In this document: positions 45,448-55,748 of the stretch, piece by piece | Numbering within the stretch: position 1 is the first letter of the stretch | Layout of the letters: every line of letters begins with the position of its first letter | Assembly (NCBI GenBank): GCA_965267575.1 | Contig: OZ254086.1 | Span: 1,728,001-1,792,000 of the forward strand | Source: Calditrichales bacterium | GTDB taxonomy: Bacteria > Calditrichota > Calditrichia > Calditrichales > J004 | DNA: 64,000 nt | Direction of reading: 5' to 3' | The notes under the pieces: model-generated | Told to the model about the DNA's origin: nothing | The model's input: the letters and a program-made list of their open reading frames with translations, nothing else | Database searches by the model: none | Translations under genes and position numbers: made by a program

Positions 45448-47151
45448 CTATTCGATGTAAACCATCTTTTTGGTCTCTCTGAATGCCCTGCCGCTTTGGA
45501 TGCCGCGTCCTTCCAGCCTGTAAAAATAGACCCCGCTGGATGTAAATTGGTCCGCGTTGATAATCACAAAATCATTGCCTTGCACCGAGCGCTCCGGCAG
45601 GGTAAAAACTTCCCGTCCCAAAATATCAAACACGGTGATGCGTACACGGCTGGGTTCCGTAACGCCGTACTCAATGCGCGTAAAGCCATTGAACGGATTG
45701 GGTGTATTTTGTTCTACAAAAAAAGTTTCGGGCACCAGGTCGCCACCCATCACGTAGTTATAAGCCGCTTCTATGTTCAAAATACCGTAACCGATGTAAT
45801 TGTCCGGCTCAATGGCCTGGCTGGCCGTTTTGGTGATCGCCTCGCGTACCTGCGCCGGTGTCAGCTCCGGTTTGGCTTCCAGCAACAATGCAATCGCTCC
45901 CGCAATAAGAGGGCTGGAAAAGGACGTGCCCGATCCGCTGCGAAATCCGCTGTTGCTTGATGAGGAAGCGCTGTATGCTGATCTGCCCAGGGCGGAGACG
46001 GTAGGCTTGGTGCGGCCGTCCGCGGTGGGACCGTAAGATGCTGTTGGCCAGTATTCTCCTGTGCCTTCAATGCCACCGGCGGTTATGACAAACTCTCCAT
46101 CAGCCGGAGCATTGAGTGTGTTCGGCGCGTCTGTGCGACCATTATTGCCGGCGCTGTTCACAACAATCACTCCTTTTTGCTCGGCCACGATGGTAGCCAG
46201 AGTGGTCACCGCCGTTTCGCCATCCATGTCTTCCCAGGTGTACCAGTCGCTATAGCCCAGGCTGCTGTTAACGATGCGCGCGCCGTTACGTTCGGCCCAT
46301 TCCAGGCCGGCCACCCAGAAATCTTCCTCAGCCTGGATCTCTTCGTAGTCCATTTCTGTCTTTGCCAGCAATAACGTGGCGCCATATGCCGGACCAATCA
46401 GCTCACCCGGCGTGTAGCCGGCCAGCACCGAAAGCGTGGCCGTACCGTGCCAGCCTTCAACGGGCCGCGCGTCCGGGTCATCCACGGAATCATCATTGTT
46501 GATAAAATCATAGGTGTCTTTTATGTCCAGCTGCTGAAAGGTTTCATGCGTTTTATAAAGATTGTAACCGTCATCCAGCATGCAGATAATCACACCGGCG
46601 CCGCTCAGACCCATATCATGCAGTGCGGGCACACCAATTTGCTCCACCTGCAGCGCCGAGGGACCATAGTTAAGGCTGTAAACCGCCGAAGGCTTGCTCA
46701 AAATGCTGAGCGTGTTTTCTTCCCGAGCGGGATCTTTGCGGTGCGTTATTACCGGCCTGATTTCCCTTACAAAATCAAACTCTGCCAGCTCGCTTAGTCG
46801 CCCGGCGGATACTTCCACGCTCAGGGCATTCAGCCAGCGCGATTCCGTCCGCACCATTGAGACGATCTGCTCCACCTGTTGGCGGTAGCCGGCAGTGACA
46901 GGCAGGTCGTAGTTGTCAATTAGTCGCGAAGGATTACTGTAACTGCGACGTTGCAGCGCCTCATCGGATATATCAAGCGCCTCTTTGTTCAGGCCTCCCT
47001 GCTGGTCTGCTTTATCCGAAAAAAATAGCCAGACATTAAGCGGCTGGCCGGGTTGCGTTTGGGCCAATTCAGCCAGCTGGGCCGGCAACTCCGCTGCCAC
47101 AGAGGCAAACGGCGCGATGGTCAAAAGGACGATCAAAAAACGCTTAAGCAT
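45448..47151 (-). CDS. S8 serine peptidase with T9SS type A-like C-terminal domain
   Basis: Signal peptide; triad MLDDG, WHGT, GTSFS; SAGN; tail QNTPNPFN..FDILGREV..SGVYFYRL..TKKM. Confidence 0.92.
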   Translation of the reverse strand: MLKRFLIVLLTIAPFASVAAELPAQLAELAQTQPGQPLNVWLFFSDKADQQGGLNKEALDISDEALQRRSYSNPSRLIDNYDLPVTAGYRQQVEQIVSMVRTESRWLNALSVEVSAGRLSELAEFDFVREIRPVITHRKDPAREENTLSILSKPSAVYSLNYGPSALQVEQIGVPALHDMGLSGAGVIICMLDDGYNLYKTHETFQQLDIKDTYDFINNDDSVDDPDARPVEGWHGTATLSVLAGYTPGELIGPAYGATLLLAKTEMDYEEIQAEEDFWVAGLEWAERNGARIVNSSLGYSDWYTWEDMDGETAVTTLATIVAEQKGVIVVNSAGNNGRTDAPNTLNAPADGEFVITAGGIEGTGEYWPTASYGPTADGRTKPTVSALGRSAYSASSSSNSGFRSGSGTSFSSPLIAGAIALLLEAKPELTPAQVREAITKTASQAIEPDNYIGYGILNIEAAYNYVMGGDLVPETFFVEQNTPNPFNGFTRIEYGVTEPSRVRITVFDILGREVFTLPERSVQGNDFVIINADQFTSSGVYFYRLEGRGIQSGRAFRETKKMVYIE

Positions 47152-47184
47152 ACTTTCCCTTGCATAAGTAAAAGTGTTATAAAT

Positions 47185-47219
47185 AAAAAGTTCCGGCAAA
47201 CTAACATCTGCCGGAACTT
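47185..47219 (-). terminator. Intrinsic terminator after the DUF3857 pair
   Basis: aagttccggca (47188-47198) pairs with tgccggaactt (47209-47219); T run follows on the minus strand. Confidence 0.7.
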
Positions 47220-47253
47220 AATAAAAGAGCTAATATGTAAAACGCCGGTTTTG

Positions 47254-49209
47254 CTATTTTATTCGCAGCACAATGTTCTCGTCATTTGCTGCAGAAATGG
47301 CTTTTTCAAGTTCCCGGAAGAGTTCGTACTCCGTTGAGCTGATTATGTTGTTTTCCAGATTGTATTCGCGGACATATTGGATGTTTCCGTTTCCATGGTA
47401 TTTAGGACGCATAGTAAATGAGGCGAAATCTTTATTTTCCGTAATATTTTTAGAGGCATTTTCCAGCTCGTATACGTCCTCATTAAAGCGGACGGTCACA
47501 AAATCCTTAAGGATATAAGGTGATTCAAAAACCAGCCCGTAGCGGCGCTCTTCATCACGGTATCGGTCTAAATCATCGCGGATCGTAAAGACGCCCGGTT
47601 TGAAAATATAGAGGTTGTTTGTTTTTGAGCCGGCCTGGTTACGCCGGAAATCGAATTTCATGGTAAAGTGTTCGGCCTTTTCCTCCACATCATCATATGT
47701 AAGATTTTCGATGATAATGTCCGAAGTGTTGGCGTTTATATAGCTTTCGAAATGTTTTTTAATGTCACTTTCAGATTTTCTGGAAAGCTTGCTGCGAATC
47801 TGAAGATTTTCGTTGCCGCTGTAGCGTACCTGCACCGTGCCGTGTAAAGCGCCGTCGTCTTCCACGTACATTTCAACATTTCGCAGGATCATATTATCTT
47901 TCGCCTCACTTTGCGGCAGCCGCTTAAACTGTCCTTTGCCATCGGAAAAAATTACCCAGGCTTGTGCATCTTCCAGGCGGGCCGGCAGTTCTTTTGCGTC
48001 GCAATAGGTGTTGGAAGGATCCAGCCAATATTCCTTGTCATCTTCGGTTTGCGCATAACACACCATGTGATTGAATCCGGAAAGCGTGATAAAATTTTGT
48101 GCTTTCAACCCGTAGTCGGTTGACTTAACAACAGCGGGGTAAGCGTTGATTCCGGCGGCTTTGAGCAAACAAGCGTTTAGCAAGGTCAGATCCAGGCAAT
48201 CGCCGTATTTGTTCTGCAGGATAACCGGCAGTGAAGCCGGCAAATAACCGCCCCGCGCTATGGAGCCCGATTTATAGCGGAAGTTATCGCGAATATAATC
48301 AAAGACCAGTTCGATCTTTTCTTCATCGTTTTTAGCGTCCTTAGTGATGGAGGCCGCAAGCTCATTAATCCCTGAATCATCTGTTTCTTCAAAATAGGGT
48401 TTTAGCGATTTCCAGTAGTAGCCAAACAGCTCATCCCAGTTTTTGTATTTGAGACCCAGATAGAGATACTGGCCAACGTCGGCATAGGCTGGCATATTGG
48501 GTTCAGAACGCAGTGCCTCGATATCGCGCACTTCCCAGAAATATACATAGCCGGCATCAAGCGTTCCGCTGGCGGTTATATTTTTGATTTTTGACGGCGG
48601 GTCAAGAAACGTATTGTGTTCCTGGTAGACCCAATCATAATATCTAAAAAAGATATTTGGGATTTCCGCCGCGTAGCGGCTGTATAACTTGGGAATGTCC
48701 TGCTGTATGTACCAGGTGTCAAAAAACATCGGGTTGCTGTGCGTTACGGAATAGTAATACTCCAGCCGTGCGCCGGGCTCCACGCCTTTAAAGGTAAACT
48801 TAAGTGATTTTTCGTCTGAATATTCCGTTGTGGTAGGTACGAGGTCAGAGCGTCTCAGCTCCAGAATTTCGCCGTTTGGCTTTACCGTGCGCGCATAAAA
48901 TTGTGTCAAAGCCCGATCTTCATCCAGGTAAATCGTATGTGTAAGGTGTTCTTCGGCCTTATCATTAAAATAGAGCATTGATACGTGGTAAGCCCTGGTG
49001 AAGTTTATTTCATAGTTGTTGTTCAGAAAAAGTTTAACACTTTCATTTTCCGAAAGTATTACGGCCCCGTCATCAGGAAATTCTTCCTGCGTGGGCAGGG
49101 CCTGTCTGTCCGTTAGCTCCAGAATATCTTCATTGCTAAGAAAAAAAGAACCGGAGCAGCTAGTTAAAATTAGAGAAGCAGTGAAAAATATGAAGACTGA
49201 ATTCTTCAT
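47254..49209 (-). CDS. DUF3857/transglutaminase-like lipoprotein
   Basis: Lipobox LTSC; GVEPGARLEY; triad YGDCLD, FNHM, YWLDP; SD ggaggt. Confidence 0.85.
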   Translation of the reverse strand: MKNSVFIFFTASLILTSCSGSFFLSNEDILELTDRQALPTQEEFPDDGAVILSENESVKLFLNNNYEINFTRAYHVSMLYFNDKAEEHLTHTIYLDEDRALTQFYARTVKPNGEILELRRSDLVPTTTEYSDEKSLKFTFKGVEPGARLEYYYSVTHSNPMFFDTWYIQQDIPKLYSRYAAEIPNIFFRYYDWVYQEHNTFLDPPSKIKNITASGTLDAGYVYFWEVRDIEALRSEPNMPAYADVGQYLYLGLKYKNWDELFGYYWKSLKPYFEETDDSGINELAASITKDAKNDEEKIELVFDYIRDNFRYKSGSIARGGYLPASLPVILQNKYGDCLDLTLLNACLLKAAGINAYPAVVKSTDYGLKAQNFITLSGFNHMVCYAQTEDDKEYWLDPSNTYCDAKELPARLEDAQAWVIFSDGKGQFKRLPQSEAKDNMILRNVEMYVEDDGALHGTVQVRYSGNENLQIRSKLSRKSESDIKKHFESYINANTSDIIIENLTYDDVEEKAEHFTMKFDFRRNQAGSKTNNLYIFKPGVFTIRDDLDRYRDEERRYGLVFESPYILKDFVTVRFNEDVYELENASKNITENKDFASFTMRPKYHGNGNIQYVREYNLENNIISSTEYELFRELEKAISAANDENIVLRIK

Positions 49210-49258
49210 TGTATTACCTCCCATTTAATAAAAAAGCCCTTGGCAAAAGGATTTTTAT

Positions 49259-51235
49259 TTATCGATTGCGTTTAAGAACAATATTCGCATCGTTGGCTTT
49301 AGCTATCGTTTGCTGCACTTCGCGGAATTGCTGATAATATTGATTGTCGATAATCGCGTCACGTAGTTCGTATTCGCGCACGAATTGCAGATTACCCGGG
49401 CTGGCGGGTTTTATCTGGGCCTTAAAAAGGGCGAAGTTTTTGCTGGCGGCAAAAAAGCCATCTTCCGATTCCAGAATATAGCGATCCGGGTTGTAGCGTA
49501 TGTTAACGATATCCTTTACTGTATGGGGAGCGTAGAAAAAGAGATCGTGCTTGCGTTCTTCGTCGCGGTACCTGTCCAGTTCCGGATCAAGCTGGAAGAT
49601 GCCCGGTTTGAAAATAAGCAGATCACCTGCCCTGGATCCGGCCTGCTCGCGCGTAAACTCAAAACTCATGTTAAACACGTCGGCAATTTGCGAAGGATCG
49701 TCGTAGCTGATATTGCTGATAGCCAGGTTGCTGGTGTTACTGTTAACGTAGCTTTCAACCACTTTACGCATATCGTTTTCACTGGCTGAACGTAAGCTTG
49801 AGCGAATAGATAGATTTTCGTTTCCGGTAAAGCGAAGCTGAGCCTTGCCACTGATACTACCGTCGTCATTAACGGTAATATCTACCATGCGCTGCAGTAG
49901 ATTGTCCGAACATTTGCTTACAGGAATTGTCTTAAATTCGCTCTTGCCGTCTTCAAATATAACCAGGGCTTCCGTTCCTTCCAGGGAAGAGTACACTTCA
50001 CCCAGCGGGCAGCTGCTGCCGGTGGCGTCCAGCCAGAATTCACGGCCGTCACTCGTTTTAACCAGGTTGATCATATGATTAAAGTTAAAGCCAATAGTGG
50101 TTTGCTGTTTTAAGCCTGCGCCCTTTGTCCGTACAAGCGCCGGATAAGCGGAAATATTAAGGCTGTTTAGCAGGCAGGCATTCAGAACAGACATATCCTT
50201 GCAGTCGCCGTATTTGTTAGAGATAATGGTGTTTACATTGTGCGGAATAATGCCTGAATCTTCAATGTCGATTGCAATATAGCGACAATTTTGCTGCGAC
50301 CAGGCAAAGATTTTTTCAATTTTTTCTTCTTCGCTTTCCGCGCCGGCCGTTATCTCTTCCGCTAGTTGTTTGATCTGCGGCTCGTTTTTGCCATTGAAAT
50401 ATTTGGATATTCGCTTCCAATAATTTCCTGTGAACTCATTCCAGTCATCATATTTTACGCCAAGCCTGATATACTGCGTAACATCCCAAAAAGGCGGCAT
50501 GTTCGGCTCACTTTTAAGGCCAGGTACATCACGGACTTCCCAATAAAAGGTTCTGCCCTCGTCATAGGTTCCTCTCTTGCCCAGGACTTCTCGTTCCATG
50601 GGCCGGCCAAGAAATATGTTATACTCACTAAAAGTCCAGTCATTGCCTGCCTGGAAAAAAATATGTGGTATTGATACTTCGTAACATGTGTAGACTTTTG
50701 GCAATCTTTCCTGGATAAGCCATCTGTCTCCATAATACCATCCTTCGTCAATAATGCGGTAACTGTATTCAACGATTGCGCCCGGTTCAACACCCGCAAA
50801 AGTGAATTTCACAGATTGATTATCGCTGAATTCCACAAAGCTGGACTTTATGACGGTCGGGTGTAAATCCTCTTCGGATAGTTCTACGACTTCACCGTTT
50901 GGCTTTGTAGTTCTTGCGGAAAAGGATTTCAGTCGAATGTCAGGATCAAGGTAAATAGTGCGTGTTAACTGGCTTTCTGCTTTATCGTTAAAATATAACA
51001 TGGCCCAATGAAAATTCTTTTCCCTGTTGACGTCATAGTCCGAGTTAAGAAACAGCTCCTGACTCTCTTTCTCATATAAAATAACCCCGCCGTCATCAGG
51101 ATAATCTTCCTGCGTTGGCAGGTTGCTGCGACCAATCTCGCTAAGCAGTTGGTCTTTAGTGAAAAGGTTGGAACCGCCGCAGCTGCACAACAGTGCGGCA
51201 AGCACAAAAACTAACATTAAACGTATAGTGCTCAT
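49259..51235 (-). CDS. DUF3857/transglutaminase-like lipoprotein (paralog)
   Basis: Lipobox LCSC; GVEPGAIVEY; triad YGDCKD, FNHM, FWLDAT. Confidence 0.88.
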   Translation of the reverse strand: MSTIRLMLVFVLAALLCSCGGSNLFTKDQLLSEIGRSNLPTQEDYPDDGGVILYEKESQELFLNSDYDVNREKNFHWAMLYFNDKAESQLTRTIYLDPDIRLKSFSARTTKPNGEVVELSEEDLHPTVIKSSFVEFSDNQSVKFTFAGVEPGAIVEYSYRIIDEGWYYGDRWLIQERLPKVYTCYEVSIPHIFFQAGNDWTFSEYNIFLGRPMEREVLGKRGTYDEGRTFYWEVRDVPGLKSEPNMPPFWDVTQYIRLGVKYDDWNEFTGNYWKRISKYFNGKNEPQIKQLAEEITAGAESEEEKIEKIFAWSQQNCRYIAIDIEDSGIIPHNVNTIISNKYGDCKDMSVLNACLLNSLNISAYPALVRTKGAGLKQQTTIGFNFNHMINLVKTSDGREFWLDATGSSCPLGEVYSSLEGTEALVIFEDGKSEFKTIPVSKCSDNLLQRMVDITVNDDGSISGKAQLRFTGNENLSIRSSLRSASENDMRKVVESYVNSNTSNLAISNISYDDPSQIADVFNMSFEFTREQAGSRAGDLLIFKPGIFQLDPELDRYRDEERKHDLFFYAPHTVKDIVNIRYNPDRYILESEDGFFAASKNFALFKAQIKPASPGNLQFVREYELRDAIIDNQYYQQFREVQQTIAKANDANIVLKRNR

Positions 51236-51273
51236 ACTACCCCCAAGGTAACGTGTATAAAGTAAGTAAAATA

Positions 51274-51302
51274 AGAATAGTGAAATAAATATTTAGTGTC
51301 AA
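51274..51302 (-). promoter_or_regulatory. sigma70 promoter of the DUF3857 pair
   Basis: Minus strand TTGACA-N17-TATTCT. Confidence 0.65.
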
Positions 51303-51527
51303 CTTAAAAACGCTATTGCGTGGAGTTTTTTACGGATTGGATGGAGGTTTCGGATTAGGTTGATTATAGCTATATTTTACAAGAGGTTACGACGAGAGAA
51401 CAAAAGCAACAGAGCAATCAGGCTAAAAAAAATTTTTGAAAAGCGTAAAACAAATGCGGTCTTGCCCCGCTTTTGTCGCGCAGAGACAAGCGGTAACAGC
51501 GCCATGTTAAAAGGAGTTAATATATAA

Positions 51528-52289
51528 ATGGGATTTTGGGGTAAAGCGATCGGGGCGGGGCTGGGTTTGCTGGCCGGCGGACCCATTGGCGCCATTATAG
51601 GCGGCGTTATCGGGCATACCTTTGATGCAGATGGCGACAGACAGCGCGCTTCAGCGGGTTATCACGAGATTGACCTGGAGCGCGAATTCGACCGGCAGTA
51701 CTTGTTTTATGTGAGCCTGGCATCACTGGCCGCCAAAATGGCCAAAGCCGATGGCCGCGTCACCCAGGATGAAATTCGCGCTTTTGACCATTTTTTGCGC
51801 CACAACCTGGGCCTTACCATGGAAGAGCGCAAAATGGTGGCGCAAATATTTAACGAGGCCAAAAATTCGCCTGAAAGCGCCGAGGATATCGCTAGGCAAT
51901 TCAAGGCCCTGCTTGGTTTCCAGAGGGATGTGATGCGCATGATGCTGGAGCTGCTTTTTCACATCGCCCTGGCCGATGACCAATTGCACAGCGAGGAAGA
52001 GCGTTTCCTTGAGCAAATGGCGGCAATCCTGGGATTGGGCCCGCAGGAATATCAGCAGGTAAAAGCCCTGTTTGTGAAAGCGGATGACCGGGATTATAAA
52101 ATCCTGGGTGTATCGTCCAATGCAAGCGATGACGAGATCAAAAAAGCTTACCGCCGGCTGGTGCAGGAATATCATCCTGATAAATTGCAGGCCAAAGGTG
52201 TGCCTGAAGATTTTATGAAAGTTGCTCACGATAAGATGGCTGAAATCAATGCTGCTTATAATGCCATTAGAAAGCAAAGAGGAATTTAA
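51528..52289 (+). CDS. djlA: DjlA-like co-chaperone (TM anchor, TerB-like domain, C-terminal J domain)
   Basis: [48 protein letters not shown]. Confidence 0.85.
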   Translation: MGFWGKAIGAGLGLLAGGPIGAIIGGVIGHTFDADGDRQRASAGYHEIDLEREFDRQYLFYVSLASLAAKMAKADGRVTQDEIRAFDHFLRHNLGLTMEERKMVAQIFNEAKNSPESAEDIARQFKALLGFQRDVMRMMLELLFHIALADDQLHSEEERFLEQMAAILGLGPQEYQQVKALFVKADDRDYKILGVSSNASDDEIKKAYRRLVQEYHPDKLQAKGVPEDFMKVAHDKMAEINAAYNAIRKQRGI

Positions 52290-52301
52290 GAGGATACAAT
52301 C

Positions 52302-52742
52302 ATGAATGTTAAACAACAAGATTACTACCAAAAGCTGCGTTTGCGTATAGCCAACTACCTGGATAAGCACCACTTTGAATATGCAGACATTCTGCTGATG
52401 GCCCCCGATATTTTTCACCTGCTCGTCAAACTGTCCATGGATGAGCGCGTGGCCGTTTCCAAAAAGGCCAAGCTGCTTTTTGCCATCGGCTATTTTTTCT
52501 CGCCGGTGGACTTGCTGCCGGAATTCCTGATCGGTCCGATCGGGTTTATGGATGACATCGCGCTGGCCGCCTACGTTTTGCACGATTTTGTAAATAACAA
52601 TGAAACGGAGGTGCTTTACGAGCACTGGGCCGGTCAAACCGATGTGCTGGCCTCTATTCAGAATATTTTGTCCCTGGCCAACCGTTTTCTTGGTGAAGGG
52701 CTCTGGGGCCGCATTAAAAAGAAAGTGACGGGCAGTAAGTAA
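52302..52742 (+). CDS. YkvA/DUF1232 family protein
   Basis: YFFSPVDLLPEF.IGPIGFMDD; HWAG. Confidence 0.88.
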   Translation: MNVKQQDYYQKLRLRIANYLDKHHFEYADILLMAPDIFHLLVKLSMDERVAVSKKAKLLFAIGYFFSPVDLLPEFLIGPIGFMDDIALAAYVLHDFVNNNETEVLYEHWAGQTDVLASIQNILSLANRFLGEGLWGRIKKKVTGSK

Positions 52743-52746
52743 CGCC

Positions 52747-53874
52747 ATGTGGATGGCGCGGCAGCTGCAAGAGCTGCATCAAAAATTCTCCACACCTGCA
52801 CTTTTAATTGCTGCCGGTCGGCTTGAAAAAAACATTTTTAGTATGCAACGCAGGGCGTCAGAGAGCGGCAAATATCTTCGCCCGCATATCAAAACGCACA
52901 AATGTCCTGAGATTGCCAAAAGGCAGATAGCGCAAAGCGCCGGCGGCATCACGGTGGCCAAAAGCAGTGAAGCGCAGGTCTTTGCCGCTGCCGGTTTTAC
53001 GGATATCTTTATCGCCAGCCAGGTGACACAACCCTTAAGAGTAGCTACATTGCGCGAGCTGGCCGCAAAAATACGGCTGCTGTGCGCCGTGGACCATCCC
53101 GATCAGTTGGCGCTTTATGAAAAAGTGGCACAGCCCGGCCAAAAACTGTCGTTGCGCGTTGAAATCGATTGCGGTTTTGGCCGTTGCGGTCTGCTGCCGG
53201 ACAATCCGCGTTTGCCTGAACTTGCCCGCGAGATCGACACATCCTCAAGCTTTGAACTGGAAGGTTTGTTCACGCATGGCGGGCAGGCCTACAGCGCCGG
53301 ATCAGCTGGGGAACGAGAAAGAGCGGCGCAAGCCGAAGCTGAAGCATTGCTGGAAGCGCGCAATCGTCTAAAGGCAATCGGCATTGAAGTTGCAACACTA
53401 AGCGTCGGATCAACACCGACGGCGGAGTTTGCATTTAAGCAGCAGGGCATAACGGAAGTGCGTCCGGGCAATTATGTTTTTTACGACGGCATCCAAAACG
53501 CCCTGGGTGTTTGTGAAAAGGAGCAGGTCAGCCTGTTCGTGCTGGCAACGGTGATGTCGCTGCCGGCGGCGGGACGAGTTGTCTGCGATGCCGGCAGCAA
53601 GGCGCTTTCCAGTGATCGCGGGGCACACGCCGCCCATATTTTGCCGGGTTTTGGACAACTGGCCTGCGGACGCGGCTACCTGGAACGGCTTTCCGAGGAG
53701 CACGGCATTATCCGCTGGGATGAAAAAGAGCCGCTGCCCAAAATCGGCGAACCGCTTCTGATCATACCTAATCACGCCTGTGTTGCATCCAACCTGTACG
53801 ATACATTTTACCTGATTGAGGAAGGGGGCAGTGTGCAAAGCTTGCCCATTGCCGCGAGGGGGAAAAGTCAATAA
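52747..53874 (+). CDS. PLP-dependent alanine-racemase-fold enzyme (DSD1/D-threonine aldolase family)
   Basis: TPAL, LRPHIKTHK, GSTPT, EVRPGNYVFYD, DAGSKALS, LSEEHG, PNHAC. Confidence 0.9.
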   Translation: MWMARQLQELHQKFSTPALLIAAGRLEKNIFSMQRRASESGKYLRPHIKTHKCPEIAKRQIAQSAGGITVAKSSEAQVFAAAGFTDIFIASQVTQPLRVATLRELAAKIRLLCAVDHPDQLALYEKVAQPGQKLSLRVEIDCGFGRCGLLPDNPRLPELAREIDTSSSFELEGLFTHGGQAYSAGSAGERERAAQAEAEALLEARNRLKAIGIEVATLSVGSTPTAEFAFKQQGITEVRPGNYVFYDGIQNALGVCEKEQVSLFVLATVMSLPAAGRVVCDAGSKALSSDRGAHAAHILPGFGQLACGRGYLERLSEEHGIIRWDEKEPLPKIGEPLLIIPNHACVASNLYDTFYLIEEGGSVQSLPIAARGKSQ

Positions 53875-55730
53875 TGAAGCCGGTTTATAAACGCATTATT
53901 ATCGCGCTGCTGCTATTTGCGGTAGCCGTATTTTTGAGCGGCTATTTTCTGTACCAAACCTACCGCGACCTTGGCGACGACCTGGTCCGGCGCACGGCGC
54001 TGCTGATCGGTGATTCCGTGAACGAGATTTTGGGCAACGCCGCCGACAAAAGCATGGAAAGCCTGACCAACAGCGAAAAACGCAGCCTGCGCCGGCTGAT
54101 GCGCTCGCTGACTTCGGAAGAAGGCAACATCATCCACATTCTGCTTATCAGCGACAAAATGCGTATTCTGCTTAGCAGCGATCCCTCCGTGGAGGGCCGT
54201 GAATATACCTCTGCCGAGGAGCTGGCCAAACTGCAGGGCGATGAGCCGCGGGTCACGCCGATTACCTGGGATGAACGCATCCGCGTGGTTGATGTGATCC
54301 TGCCATTGAAAAACAGCGAAGGCTACGTTTACAGCTATCTGCGGCTTGTCCTTTCCCAGGAGCAGCTGCAAAATTTTTATGGCGACCTCTCCGTCATCTT
54401 TATCCCGCTGGTTTTGGTTTTCGCTTTGCTGATCGGTTTTACGGTATTTTTTATTTCGCGGGCTTACACCAAGCCGCTGGAGTCAATTGAAGAAATGGCT
54501 GCCAACATCAATGCCGGGGATTTCTCCTATCGTATAAATTACGAGCGCAAGGATGAATTTACCGACACATTCTCGCGTATCGATAAGTCGCTTGAGAAAA
54601 TGAGCGTGCTCAAGGAGGGCTATAAAAAGGCGGAAAAACGCATGAATGTGCTGATGCAGGCCATCGAGGAAAGCATCATCATGTTTGACGCGGAGGGCCG
54701 CATAACGAGCTATAACGAATCGGCAGTGGAGCTTTTCCGTTGCCCCGTTGAGATGCTGTTTGAAAGCCATTTCAAGCAGATTGAGAATATGAACCGCGAG
54801 TTGAAAAGCCTGCTGGAACAGGCCCGTAAAAACGGTCGCGACGTTAACGCCCACGAAATGACATTGTGGCTGCCGGGTGGCCTGGATGTATTGGCGCGCG
54901 TTTCCACGCATGTCTTTCGTGAAGACGGTGAAATCAGCGCAATCCTGCTTTCCATAAAAGACCAGAAACTGCTGAACGAACTGCAGCGCAATCTGCAGCG
55001 CTCGATGAAATTTGGCGTGATCGCCAATCTGGCATCATCCATCAGTCACGAAATCAAGAACCCGCTTTCATCGATGGCCATTCATGCCGAGATACTGAAT
55101 GTGCGTTTGCAGGACATGCAGCTTGAAAATAAGGAAAGCATTCAAAAATCCCTTGATGTGCTGCAAAATGAGGTGAAAAGGCTTAACCGCATTATCAACC
55201 AGTTTTTCAATCTGGCGCGCAGCAAAAAAGCCGATCTTATCCCGATTAGCATCAATGCCGTTATACGCGATGTGGTGACCCTGGTGCAGCAACAGGCCAT
55301 CGAACGCAACATCCGCGTTGAAAGCATTCTGGATGACAATATTGACAAAGTCTATGGCGACGCTGACCAGCTAAAGCAGGTTTTCCTGAATATTATTCTC
55401 AACGGGTTCCAGGCCATAGAGCATGACGGGCGCGTGGCGGTGCGTACGGGCAGCCGCGGCGGCCGCGTACATATCGAAATTGAAGATGACGGTAGCGGTA
55501 TGACGCCCGATGTACAGCAGCGTATTTTTGAGCTTTATTTTACCACCAAGCACGACGGCGGCGGCATTGGTATGGCCGTTTGCAAAAACATCATCGAGGC
55601 GCATGACGGAACGATTAACTTTAACAGTGCCCCGCAGCAGGGTACCACTTTTGTGATCGAGCTTCCCAACCAGGACCAGACGCGCAGCGTGATGCAGCTT
55701 AAATCGGGCCAGAGTACGGCAACGGTTTAA
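53874..55730 (+). CDS. Sensor histidine kinase (HAMP, PAS, HisKA, HATPase)
   Basis: 2 TM; SHEIKNPL; QVFLNIILN; EDDGSG; FTTK..GGGIGM. Confidence 0.92.
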   Translation: MKPVYKRIIIALLLFAVAVFLSGYFLYQTYRDLGDDLVRRTALLIGDSVNEILGNAADKSMESLTNSEKRSLRRLMRSLTSEEGNIIHILLISDKMRILLSSDPSVEGREYTSAEELAKLQGDEPRVTPITWDERIRVVDVILPLKNSEGYVYSYLRLVLSQEQLQNFYGDLSVIFIPLVLVFALLIGFTVFFISRAYTKPLESIEEMAANINAGDFSYRINYERKDEFTDTFSRIDKSLEKMSVLKEGYKKAEKRMNVLMQAIEESIIMFDAEGRITSYNESAVELFRCPVEMLFESHFKQIENMNRELKSLLEQARKNGRDVNAHEMTLWLPGGLDVLARVSTHVFREDGEISAILLSIKDQKLLNELQRNLQRSMKFGVIANLASSISHEIKNPLSSMAIHAEILNVRLQDMQLENKESIQKSLDVLQNEVKRLNRIINQFFNLARSKKADLIPISINAVIRDVVTLVQQQAIERNIRVESILDDNIDKVYGDADQLKQVFLNIILNGFQAIEHDGRVAVRTGSRGGRVHIEIEDDGSGMTPDVQQRIFELYFTTKHDGGGIGMAVCKNIIEAHDGTINFNSAPQQGTTFVIELPNQDQTRSVMQLKSGQSTATV

Positions 55731-55748
55731 GAATATTCTTGATTTTAA

